This document shows positions 24,710 to 35,159 of a stretch of DNA of 35,159 bases, piece after piece; position 1 is the stretch's first letter; each line of letters begins with the position of its first letter. Under the pieces are notes generated by a model that was given only the letters and a program-made list of their open reading frames with translations, searched no databases and was not told the origin of the DNA. Position numbers and translations under genes: made by a program. The stretch is taken from the NCBI RefSeq assembly GCF_001194135.2, contig NC_068986.1:103000336-103035494 (forward strand), in the 5' to 3' direction. Source of the stretch: Octopus bimaculoides. Lineage: Eukaryota.

Positions 24710-24930
24710 GGTATGGCTGTGTTGTTAGGAAGCACGCTTTGCAATCGAATAGGTTCGGGTTTAATTTCAATACGTGGCACTCTAGGAAAGCGTTGTATAC
24801 TTTAGCTTAGGCCGACTAATACCTCTGCGTGTGAACTTGATAGACGGAGACTGTGTGGAAGCTGCCTTATACCTGAGTGCAGTTGTCCACCGTGTGTGTG
24901 GATGTGCTTGTATCTGTATCTGTATACACA
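24710..24930 (+). mobile_element. Older, degraded SINE family C copy
   Basis: ATGGCTGTGTTGTTAGGAAGC...TAGACGGAGACTG aligns to the family C head and body. Confidence 0.7.
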
Positions 24931-24959
24931 CTGCTCGAGAGCTTGTCATGATCTGTTTA

Positions 24960-25165
24960 CGCTTCTGACCTTGCAGTTCGGCAATATAACAGAGAGGAGA
25001 AGTACTAGGGAAGAAGTCAGTGCTGTGGTCGATTATTTCCACCAAGATAATACAAGGCAGTGTCCCAGCATCTTTGTAATCTGTAATCGGATGACAAAAA
25101 TAGGTGAAGGTAAAAAGTGGAAAATAAAAAGCTTTTTGTGGATATATTATATTCATTTACGATGT
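24960..25165 (+). pseudogene. Possible CTLD C-terminal remnant
   Basis: DYFHQDNTRQCPSIF...GEGKKWKIKSFLWIYYI within ORF 24896-25177. Confidence 0.35.
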
Positions 25166-25174
25166 TATACACTA

Positions 25175-25995
25175 TAGGTGCAGGCGTGGTGGTGTAATAA
25201 GAAGCTTACTTCCCAACCACATGGCCCGGGGTTCAGTCCCACCCGCGTTGTACATTGAGTTAGTGCCTTTTACTATAGCCTCGGGCCGACCAAAGCCTTG
25301 TGAGTGGATTTGGTGGACGGAAACGGGAAGAAAGGCGTTATATATATATATATATATATATATATATNNNNNNNNNNNNNNNNNNNNNNNNNNNNNNNNN
25401 NNNNNNNNNNNNNNNNNNNNNNNNNNNNNNNNNNNNNNNNNNNNNNNNNNNNNNNNNNNNNNNNNNNNNNNNNNNNNNNNNNNNNNNNNNNNNNNNNNNN
25501 NNNNNNNNNNNNNNNNNNNNNNNNNNNNNNNNNNNNNNNNNNNNNNNNNNNNNNNNNNNNNNNNNNNNNNNNNNNNNNNNNNNNNNNNNNNNNNNNNNNN
25601 NNNNNNNNNNNNNNNNNNNNNNNNNNNNNNNNNNNNNNNNNNNNNNNNATATATATATATATATATACAACGCAACTCGCCATACACCACCACCCACGCT
25701 ATGTTCTCTACCGACACCAACAAGGCTAGTTTAGGTAACAGCTGCTGCTAGCACAGTCGGTGGACAAAGCAGACCTGATACAATATTTTGTAAATAGTAT
25801 ATATATATATATTTGTGTATGCGTGTGTTTATGGCCCCCGTAACTTAGCTGTTTGGCAAATGGGACGATAGAGTGTACTAGGCTATACAATGAATAAATT
25901 TTGAGGTCGATTTCTTCAACTGACACCCTTTTAGGTGTTGCTCCAGCATGGCTGTAGTGAAGCGATTGAAACAAGTGAAAAGAAATAAAAGAGAA
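25175..25995 (+). mobile_element. SINE family C copy, with an N-gap and the 105-bp repeat nested in its internal microsatellite
   Basis: Head TAGGTGCAGGCGTGGTGGTG..., body GGCCGACCAAAGCCTTGTGAGTGGATTTGG, tail ...GCTCCAGCATGGC...GAAACAAGTGAAAAG. Confidence 0.8.
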
Positions 25996-27125
25996 AAACA
26001 AGAATAGTATGTAGTCACATGTGTGTAAATCATAATTTCTGGCACGTTGTTATCAGTATGATCCGATGAAACCTAGATGGGTGTTTATATAAGCAAGTTT
26101 CAAAGAATAGATTATTATTAATTCCAGGTTTTGCATTAACAAAACGAATAATTGTCCACGCAGAATCAGCTCTGAATAAATAACTTTTCAATCTATCCTA
26201 CAGCATTAGACATATTTTCTTCCTTTCAGTGCAATTTCCAACAGTATCATCCGTTATATATGCTTGTGTATCTATTTGAGTGTTTGTGTATGTGTGCTTG
26301 TGTGTTTATGTGTGTGTCTCCAAACACTCACATAAAGATAAATATATGCACTCACACACACACACACACACATTCATACGTACTTATCTATCTCTTTATC
26401 TACGTATCTACCTGTACAGACAATTGTATATGCAATATGCGTTATCTAGAACTTTTCAACTTTTCTCTAACTAGATTGCATTTCTTTCAAACGGTACAAT
26501 TGTTGTATGCTATTTGTTTTTGCTAGACATTATATAACACCTATTACCAATCAAAAGAAGAATAATAATATTTTCATAGAATTATTCAACATCAAATAGA
26601 GCAAGTGTTTAACCGCTGAACAAACGTGAGATGACGACCATTATCTTAATATATGCAGACAGACATAAACGTTGAGTAATTCATAACGCAATCAGTCACA
26701 TTGGCCAGCCATGTACGAAACATCTCATGCTTCATCACGATGCTTTTACATTTATCTGTTAGTTGCAATATATCAGGAATCATGAAACAGTGATATATAA
26801 GTTAATATTAGTTGACCACAGAATCATGCAACCTAGACATAACCAAGCAACTAAAATATTAACTATATAAGTTAAAGTTGAATACAATGTAAGAATTAAC
26901 ACAGCTATAAAGCAGTTTATTCAGAAAACCAATACTATTTGCTGGAATAAGACTGGAAAATGTTTAAACTTAATTATTTTAATATCATTAACAGCATCAA
27001 TCACACGAGTCCTTTCTTTTATAGAAACCGAGAACGTATAATTGCAATGACAATAGATGCCGTGCAAACGATGAAGGTGTGAATGCCAAAAGATGAAAAA
27101 TGGTAATGTGTAAAGAATTAATAAG

Positions 27126-27213
27126 AATTATTATTATTATTAATCAGGTCGCTGCCGTGAATCGAACTCGGAACCTTGGGGTTGGTAGCCCGCGCTCTTA
27201 ACCACTACGCCAT
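27126..27213 (-). mobile_element. Short tRNA-derived SINE (head plus (AAT)n tail)
   Basis: Reverse complement ATGGCGTAGTGGTTAAGAGCGCGGGCTACCAACCCCAAGGTTCCGAGTTCGATTCACGGCAGCGACCTGATT(AAT)n. Confidence 0.75.
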
Positions 27214-27559
27214 AAGAAATTTTGAAAAGTGTTTAACGAGAAACATACGTCAAACTAACCATGCTTTCATTAACAGGTTTAAATAATTTTGATGTTAATT
27301 TTGCATATTCGGGCATAACGAATTTTTCGAGACTAAAATTCATATCAAATATATATTACACATGCATAACCAGATTGGTCACCCAGGCGTCTGTCTACAA
27401 GGAGACACGAACTGTTGGAAACAGCAACTAAATTCTTTACAAATAATATATTATTGTTTCCATTAATTAATGATATGCTTATTGGATGATGTTATCCTTG
27501 ATACATATTACTTTAAAGTAAAAAAACGTTGTAAGTCGGGTTATTTGTTGATTCTATTG

Positions 27560-29377
27560 AGATGAAATCGAGATTTCACGAATATTGATGAGAATTTGAG
27601 AGCCGTTGTTTGCTTCTTATGAGTCCGTAAACTGCTTACTGTGATAATTTCATTATCGATTGAGCAATTTTTGTTTGCCAACTATATACATATTCTAACG
27701 ATTTTGATCAATAAAATGTATCTCTAGTTGGAAACACTAAGTTGAGACATTTGTAACGGCCCAACGGTCAATCGCCACATGACAGCCAATTAGCGTGGTT
27801 GTTGAAGACCGCAGTTCATCTGATGTTTCTGCTAGTGATATTAGAAATAAGGCAAGATGTTGTTCCAGATGCATGTAGTTCCCTACATTTATTTAGTCAA
27901 GCGGATGTTATATGACTTAGTGCACGATTTGGAATTACCAAAAGAAAAGGTAAAGTTGATCGGTTCCAGTCTTCAAGAATAGAATTTTCTCCAGTCAAAC
28001 ACCAAAGATTCTCTTATCCGCAATTGCCATCTGCTGGTTTCTTCATTTTACTTCCAGGAGGAAAGCATTTGTTTCTATCACGATATAAGTGGCCTGGTGG
28101 AAAGGATTGGCTTTCACTATGATCCAAAAGAATGCAGACCGTTCATTGACTCTAGTAAAACTAGCCTCAAAGTTATATTGCTGCACAACTTCAATGAAAA
28201 ACGTTTAATACGTGTAGCACATGCCATTGGCTTTAATGAGACATGCATCAATAGAACTGCTGTTAAGACTCATCAAATATAAGGATCATGTATGTAATAT
28301 TTGTGGCGTCCTTAAAGTTATATCACTACTACTTGGATTATAGTTGGGCTTCACAAAGAATTTATGCTTTTTCTGTCTATGGAACTGCAGTGACAAAAAT
28401 CACTACAAAAAACATGATTGACCCTCTAGAACTGTAACTATCTTTGGTAAACAAAATGTGAAACGTCCAGCGGTTACTAACCTCGTGGAGTGTATGCATC
28501 ATCAAGGCAATGGTTTCTAATATCTAAAGCATAAATTCTAAGGGATATTGACAGATGCTAAGTTATAAGTTGGTGTTTTCACTGGTCTACGGTGTCACCC
28601 ATAACTAATCGTTTCCGTCTGATATAATGAGAATGAACAATGAGCATGGAATCTTTCATTGACGCTGTCAAACATTTTTTTGGAAACCACGAAGCAGAAA
28701 ACCATCGTGAACCTCGTAGAAAACAAGCTTAAATCTTCTGAAAAAATGGGATGCAGAATGTCCTTGAAATGGATTTTTTACATTTTCATCTTGACTTTTT
28801 CTCGGCCAATCTTGGAGACTTGAGTGACATGCATGGTGAGCGCATCCACCAAAAAGATCTCAGTTACGGAAAACAGATACCAAGGTAATTTCAACCCAAA
28901 TATGATGGCAGATTATTGTTGGTTCCTAAAGAAGGAGGGCTCGTCATTCCACAAGCGACAAAGGCAGAGGAAGCACCAAACTTTCACTTAAAAACAGGAA
29001 GTTACTTTTCGGTAGTAACAAGAAAATACTAACGTGCTTTGGCGGATGATTGGGCGCAGAGGTTGTAACTCCACCGGCGGAATTCCGCTGTCTGTCTTAA
29101 GCCAGGATAAAGGAGGAAGAAAGACAACCCCGTTCATTTATTTAAGTATGCTGAACATAAAACGTGGCACAGAAAAGTAGCTTAGACAGCTTTCGTAATA
29201 GAATCAGACGACCAAAAATGAAAAAAAAAATAGGAGTTTTCGGTTACACACAACGGGGACGTGACAGAGATATTTTGAACATCAGATCTGAAATTACCTT
29301 CAAAAGTTTGGTAGGAATGAGAGCTTTACGTGCCTGTCTGTAATAACAAAAATAAAGTTGAAATTTGTTGTCTAGCG
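27560..29377 (+). mobile_element. DNA transposon fossil, probably Chapaev3-like (CMC); transposase core ~27880-28960
   Basis: HLFSQAD/DLVHDLELPKEK..LIGS.LQE, ECRPFIDSSKTSLKVILLHN, LHFHLDFFSANLGDLSDMHGERIHQ and ENRYQGNFNPNMMADYCWFLK match a widespread animal transposase family I recall as Chapaev3. A 3' TIR-like AAATTTGTTGTCTAGCG lies at 29361-29377. The 5' limit is uncertain and the superfamily name is from memory. Confidence 0.8.
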
Positions 29378-29477
29378 TAATATACACACACTGCTGAGTA
29401 ACAGTGATTTTTTTTCCGACTCATGGACATTTTGATAACAGAAGTGACTTTTCCTTCTATGCTAGTCAGAAAGTTTG

Positions 29478-29520
<43 letters not shown>

Positions 29521-29524
<4 letters not shown>

Positions 29525-29650
29525 CGGTATTTATTTCATGAACCCCGAAAAGATGACAGGCAAAATCGACCTCAGCGGTATTTGAACATAGACCATAATG
29601 ACCGAATAATGCCTATGTAATCCGGGGTGCGAACGATTCTGTCAGCTCCC
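29521..29650 (-). mobile_element. SINE family A, degraded
   Basis: Reverse complement starts GGGAGCTGACAGAATCGTTCGCAC and contains GTTCAAATACCGCTGAGGTCGA. Confidence 0.75.
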
Positions 29651-29756
29651 CATCCGCAGTAATGTTATGATTAATTGGATGTAGTTAGTCTTTAATCTTC
29701 TTTTCTATTCATATTATGAAATATCTAAAGTTATTTCCTTCTTGCAACTCTGAGTT

Positions 29757-30231
29757 ATCAAGAACTAGCATCCGATGCTGTTAAATTTTTATTAGATCCG
29801 TGTAATTTTGTGAAAATGACGGGCAGAATTTCAATTCAATAAACTAACAGTAACACACTCATTTAAATTCGTCTTCTACCATTAAAGAAATTTTCCACGT
29901 TAATCTAATAGAGAACAGCTTGTTCATTACTCACAGCCATGGCGTTTCACTAAAATATGTCCCTTTAGTGCACATGCATGCAGACGCTTAGGTTCTGTTC
30001 TTTTTTGAGTGTTTTGGTTTGATATGTTGCACAAAAGTCCTGTTCTGATTTGCATTTCAAAGTGTCTTTAATATTTCGCGTATTAATATTGAAATTCAAA
30101 CGTTAATTTTTTGTTACAAGTGAGGAACATCACTGCGTAATTGACTCATACATTTTAAAGATTGTTTTATTCAATGTAATACACTTTGTTTAATGCCGTC
30201 ACGTAAAACCTATTTTATCGACTCTGAGATT
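29757..30231 (+). repeat. Paralogous block, copy 2 of 2 (partner 17508-17973), containing a CTLD remnant
   Basis: Same colinear blocks as copy 1; translates to ACRRLGSVL..LICISK..HCVIDS..CRHVKPI. Confidence 0.8.
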
Positions 30232-31118
30232 CACACGCACACTATCCCATTATTGTGTGTGTGTGTTTGTGTACGCGCGAGTGTGTGTGTATGTGTGTGT
30301 GTGCTGTGTGCCTGATGTGTTGTTCAAATATATACAGACTTATAAACACATACAGACACAACTACTCGTTTAAAAACACACTCATCTTCCACTACTCAAG
30401 CACTCTCACAGAAATACATATACGAAGAAATATCTTATTCCGCCCACATATCCATGCACGAAGTCTTAAGATTACCAATACAGCCATCATAACACCATGT
30501 ACACTTTAACACGTTTGAACATTAACATGAGAACAAAAGCCATTTAATTTTCTCACTTTATCTCATAAATAACCACCGCCCACTTAAGACTCCTCTTATA
30601 TCTTCATAAATATACACGTTTAATGGCTTCTTGTCTCAGAACTGAAATCTGCGCTTCTATGTAATATGGTGAAGAGAAAATTTAGTCCAGTTGCAACTGG
30701 CATCTTCCTCGCTGGAGACAACATTTAGAAGCCGTTGTTACATTGAGTAAATGATTTGAAACACTTAAATCAATAAATCGAATGTTGTTGGATTATTTCC
30801 TATACAAATACATCTAATGTAGGCACATAGATATATTGTATAGGTGACTACGCTTGTCAGTATAGAACATTCATTTCCTGGAATTTTTCTCTGCAACTTT
30901 CCAGAGATGGATCACGTAGATAGACACACACAAACACATACACGCACACTCATCTGTTTATGTATATACAGATACGTATACACACGCACATACATACATA
31001 GGATATATCATATATCTATCATATATATATCACATTGCATATATGAAACATATATATATATATAAATATCATATACCATATTATATATATACATATATAT
31101 AAATATCACATATCATAT

Positions 31119-31154
<36 letters not shown>

Positions 31155-31426
31155 NNNNNNNNNNNNNNNNNNNNNNNNNNNNNNNNNNNNNNNNNNNNNN
31201 NNNNNNNNNNNNNNNNNNNNNNNNNNNNNNNNNNNNNNNNNNNNNNNNNNNNNNNNNNNNNNNNNNNNNNNNNNNNNNNNNNNNNNNNNNNNNNNNNNNN
31301 NNNNNNNNNNNNNNNNNNNNNNNNNNNNNNNNNNNNNNNNNNNNNNNNNNNNNNNNNNNNNNNNNNNNNNNNNNNNNNNNNNNNNNNNNNNNNNNNNNNN
31401 NNNNNNNNNNNNNNNNNNNNNNNNNN

Positions 31427-31470
<44 letters not shown>

Positions 31471-31939
31471 TATAAACACAGGTAGATGTCTACATACATA
31501 TATCAGTGTTTATAAGCATTTATATGATGTATTTTATACACACAGACACACACGTAGGTGTGTATGTGTGGGTTTATACTGTATATAAGTTTCTCCTACT
31601 AGATGTTAAATGTCCTTGTGAGTTAATGTACATTAACACCTCACGAAATGCAAGAGGGATAAAGTATACACTTCTTAGTCTGTCCAAAGACGCGAAAAAA
31701 GATTTCATGGAAATTATGGGAAAATATATGTAAGATGAATTTATCAATCAATTTTACACCAAAGGCACGAAATTCATATATCCGTTGTCAGTCCTTTGAT
31801 TGTAGGGGAAATTTGAACACTAGCCTCTAGATATTCGGTTAGTTACCATAAGTAATCCAGAACAGTTTCCCATGACTGATCAAAAAATTGATCTATCAGC
31901 GTGAAGATGTGACGCGATATATTTTTCTCGAATGATCTA

Positions 31940-32155
31940 AAATGTATTTTCTTGTCCCTTATAAAAGTCTGGTTGGAGCATTAATTTATCGTTGAGAGTT
32001 CAAAGCGGCCGACTGATTTGCAACCCTTATCTCTTGCCGGCCAACGTAAATGGCCCACAGACCATTGACACCACAGCTATCTTCGGATATTTATGAGGTT
32101 GACATCGGTGGTTTTTAGAGCAAGCTGCATTGTGTCACACAGATACATTTCTATA
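31940..32155 (+). pseudogene. CTLD remnant, possibly with an internal deletion
   Basis: Single frame KCIFLSLIKVWLEH*...AGQRKWPTDH*HHSY...FRASCIVSHRYIS. Confidence 0.45.
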
Positions 32156-32207
32156 TCATATGAGCGGTCTGAAACGGAAATTATTAATACCGTTGATTGT
32201 AAATAGC

Positions 32208-32507
32208 CATGGAGGCACATGGCCTAATGGTTAGAGCAGCGGACTTGCGGTCGTGGGATCGCGAGTTCGAATCTCAGACCGGGCGATGTGTGTGTTTATG
32301 AACGATACACACAATTCCGACAGGAGGTAATAGCGAACTTCTGCTGACTCTTTCACCACAACTTCTTCCCACTCTTTCCTCCTGCATCTAGCATCTCACC
32401 TGAGACGAACCTGCGTCCTGTCCAGGTGGGGAACCTATACGGCAATAAAACCAGGAAACCGGCCCTTATCAGTCAGGCAAGTTTGAGGAGGAACAAAGAA
32501 CAGCAAC
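32208..32507 (+). mobile_element. tRNA-derived SINE with a family-B-like head but a different body; near-perfect 11-bp TSD
   Basis: A-box TGGCCTAATGG, B-box GAGTTCGAATCTC, body CGTCCTGTCCAGGTGGGG...GAAACCGGCCC. TTGTAAATAGC at 32197-32207 versus TTGTAGATAGC at 32509-32519. Confidence 0.85.
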
Positions 32508-32746
32508 GTTGTAGATAGCTAACATCAAATATCAATGTCCGGCAATAAACATCAAGTTAAATATTTGTAAGTTTGCTTCAGTTATTTTTTATGTATCCAA
32601 CGAAATATATTATCACTGCTCATTACGAGCAACCAGGAAGCATATGAGACAAGATAATGGATATAACATACAGGACTCAAATAACGAGCTATGAATAATC
32701 TTTAAAATACACAAATTCATATGCAGCTGGTTCTCTCAAACTGTAG

Positions 32747-32948
32747 GAGAAAGGCCAGCATCAACCGTACTGAAGTTGAATATTTTGGCACTTTGCAAGA
32801 GCCATGTAGTTTCTGGATATCCAAGATGTAGGATTCCAAATATACTGACCAATCTACATTTTTCTCTGAAAGGTGTCCGCAGATTATGAAGCAATAAGGC
32901 CAATTTGAATCGGTGACACGGATAGTTTATAAACACTTAATATTTTGA
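32747..32948 (+). pseudogene. CTLD remnant after an acceptor-like site
   Basis: TTCTCTCAAACTGTAG| then one frame RKASINRTEVEYFGTLQEPCSFWISKM*DSKYTDQSTFFSERCPQIMKQ*GQFESVTRIVYKHLIF*, corresponding to LASI..E..F...FWI...W.DGS...C..I...G.W...C...FIC. Confidence 0.7.
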
Positions 32949-32989
32949 AGACTAAAAGAAGAAAGTCAATATAACTGAGGCACGTACAT

Positions 32990-33275
32990 TTTAACCATAA
33001 ATTTGTAAAGTTGGAAAATGATGTTTTTACTTTTACTTGGGAAGAAGCGGTGGAACGGCTCGACGAAACGCAAGGAACTTGGAACCACAGGTTTCGGTGC
33101 ATTTTGAGATTATTTTCGTGCGTAACATTTGTTTTGGTTTCTTAAAGATCTCTGAGAAAATTCAAATGGCAAGACGGCAGCATTGTAAATAGGAAACGGA
33201 AGCAATGTGTAAACATTTCACTTTAAGATATTCTCTTTGGGATAAAAATAACTAAATTCACTTTATGACTGCTTG
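32990..33275 (+). pseudogene. CTLD remnant, the clearest copy
   Basis: One frame FTFTWEEAVERL (TGG at 33038)...*RSLRKFKWQDGSIVNRKRKQCVNISL* (TGG at 33167, Cys at 33206), then a frameshifted WDKNN*IHF. Confidence 0.75.
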
Positions 33276-33544
33276 GAAACTCGATAACATATGACCATAT
33301 TCGGAAAATGTTCAAGTCTTTTGCAGGAATGGTGAACGTTGCTGATATTGATCAGGTCAATATTAAACTTGCAGTATCATAATACAAAGTTGATATAAAC
33401 CACAAGTTAGAAAATGGCAGTTATCAGTTTTCAGAGAATATCTCCCCTTTAAAAAATTCCCAGGACGTACAAGAAATGTACTGGAAATAATTCGGTTTAT
33501 TTGCGATCACAGCTCATTGAAGTATTTGGCAATATTTCTTTCAC

Positions 33545-33880
33545 ACTTTCATCCGTCTTTACATTCATTTCGCCGGGATCAACTTTGCGTTTCATCCTTT
33601 CGTGATCGTTAAAATAAGTACTAGTTTAATACAGTGGTCGATGTAATCGACTTACCCTCTCCCCTAAAATTTCTGGCCTTGTGCCAAAACTTGAATCCAT
33701 TATTTCTTCCACACATCTGTCCGTATTTACGTTCTGAGTTTAACTTTTGTCGGGATTAACTTTGCCTTTCATTCTTTCAGAGTCGATAAAATAAGTACCA
33801 ATTGAGTACTGGGATTGATGTAATCGACTTACTCCTTCCCAGAACTTGCAGAACATGTGACAACATTTGAAACCAATATT
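33545..33880 (+). mobile_element. Two tandem SINE family A fragments
   Basis: ...ATAAGTAC...GTCGATGTAATCGACTTA...CCCC occurs twice (~33545-33690 and ~33710-33880). Confidence 0.8.
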
Positions 33881-35159
33881 ACTTTCACAGTTAAAGCGTA
33901 TTTGATAATGTTTATCACGAGCAATCAGGCTATATTTTAAAAGGGAGATATTTATCTCTACAATATATGATTGAGAACTATGACTGAAAAATGACTATAT
34001 ATGTCTATAATATATGACTGAAAAATATGACATGTTAGGAAATTTAAAACAAAATTTCTGTTCGGGTTTGGTGTTCGGAAAAATGAGAAGATGTATTTTG
34101 TAAAATGCAACTCTTGCAGTTTCTATTCCCACAGGTGTTTAACGTGAAAAATTATATTAAATATACATTTAGCGTTGTTTTCCGCCATGTATATTTACAT
34201 TCACAGCCCTTAACTCCAAAATTGCCAAATGTAGGAATTTTTTTCGCATTATTATTGACCTAACATGTAAGATAACATATGGATAACAATATAAACCAAC
34301 AACTGGTATATACTGATTAAATTATGTTAAATTTGAAGTGAACTAACATGTACCGGACAAATCGATGATGATATCAATGGTATCGAAAGCTCGTTGATGT
34401 TAGCAAAGTTTTCACTGGATAGCCTAGTTTGAGGGATTTCTCAGAACTAAACCACGACATACTTGCATGGGTTGCAAGTCTTTTGGCGTTGGTAGATGTT
34501 CCCCTTTTGTCGCCGCATTGACGTCAGTGCACCACTGTTCATTGTACGATTATCTCTAATTAACTTTTTAGTTTCCCCTGCCCATATTAGCACTACCTTA
34601 ATAAAAAGTGGGTTATTTAAACTTTCAACACACGAGATATATATACAATAGTGTATATATATACGTAAGTCAGTAAATAGTGGGGTTGTGTTAACCGCAC
34701 GTGGAGAAATAATAGGAAAATGAAAAGAAAACAGAATGCTGAACTGGAAGTATAATTTAATAAAGATTTTTCCTAACCGGTTTTCATTGCGAAGAAGCAA
34801 ATTATCAAGAAGGAGAATGAAAATGTTTTTTTACAAAGAAGTACAAAATGAAGAAAATAATATATAAAACAATAATATATAAAAAAATAAATATACCCAT
34901 ACATTATATTGTCTTTGAGCTTTTGTAGTTCAATAGTAGTTCATGTATAAATTGGTAGGAAAAATAAGGATGCATGAGGGGTGAGGGTTTTGTTAGCAGA
35001 AACAAAAACCCTAAATTCATTATATTCCCTTTCTATCAATGTAAAGACAGAATCTCCACACAAGAAAGAATCAACAAGGAGAATCTTTTCATAGAGAAAT
35101 TCCAACCATTTCTTAACACACAACCCCCAGTGACCTTATTCCTCTATGAACAGACACAA

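Larger units (their letters stand above)
9299..31426. other. Span containing eight large scaffold N-gaps (approx. 9299-9771, 10344-10532, 11697-12301, 14700-15083, 15526-16052, 20751-21460, 25368-25648, 31156-31426)
   Basis: N-runs each flanked by (TA)n or (TG)n, typical of short-read assembly breaks at microsatellites. Confidence 0.95.

Noticed and set aside
500-26700. Idea that stops at conserved Trp positions (e.g. TGA at 16767 and ~680) are repaired by cephalopod A-to-I editing
   Set aside because: TGG to TGA/TAG is the commonest nonsense transition in any pseudogene, and editing cannot repair the many frameshifts or the lost Cys residues.
27126-27213. Functional tRNA gene (also the heads at 8081, 24280 and 32208)
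   Set aside because: No convincing acceptor stem, and the heads run into SINE bodies or simple-repeat tails.
9221-31499. Long ORFs in the track made of X, YI, HT or CV runs
   Set aside because: Artefacts of N-gaps and dinucleotide microsatellites.

Overview
AT-rich eukaryotic DNA from a gapped short-read assembly (nine N-runs, all flanked by TA/TG microsatellites). The SINE families and the microsatellite load resemble octopus (cephalopod) genomes; that assignment is from recall and is not proven. I recognise no intact protein-coding gene. Mobile DNA comprises a 5'-truncated Penelope-like element (minus strand, GIY-YIG domain plus a hammerhead-ribozyme-like motif), a second decayed Penelope-like RT (plus strand), a DD37D (maT-type) Tc1/mariner transposase fossil, a Chapaev3-like transposase fossil, a probable CR1/L2-type LINE 3' fragment and at least four tRNA-derived SINE types. 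The main non-repeat signal is that the unique sequence between repeats repeatedly translates, always on the plus strand, into broken C-type lectin domain (CTLD) motifs such as TWEEA, ASI..E..F, VWI.LS, FKWQDGS, PGDP...C and C....Y/FIC, interrupted by stops and frameshifts. This suggests a fossil multi-CTLD (mannose-receptor-like) gene or gene array spanning the window, with one ~470 bp paralogous block repeated ~12.25 kb apart. All translations and alignments were done by eye; the weaker CTLD calls need HMM confirmation.
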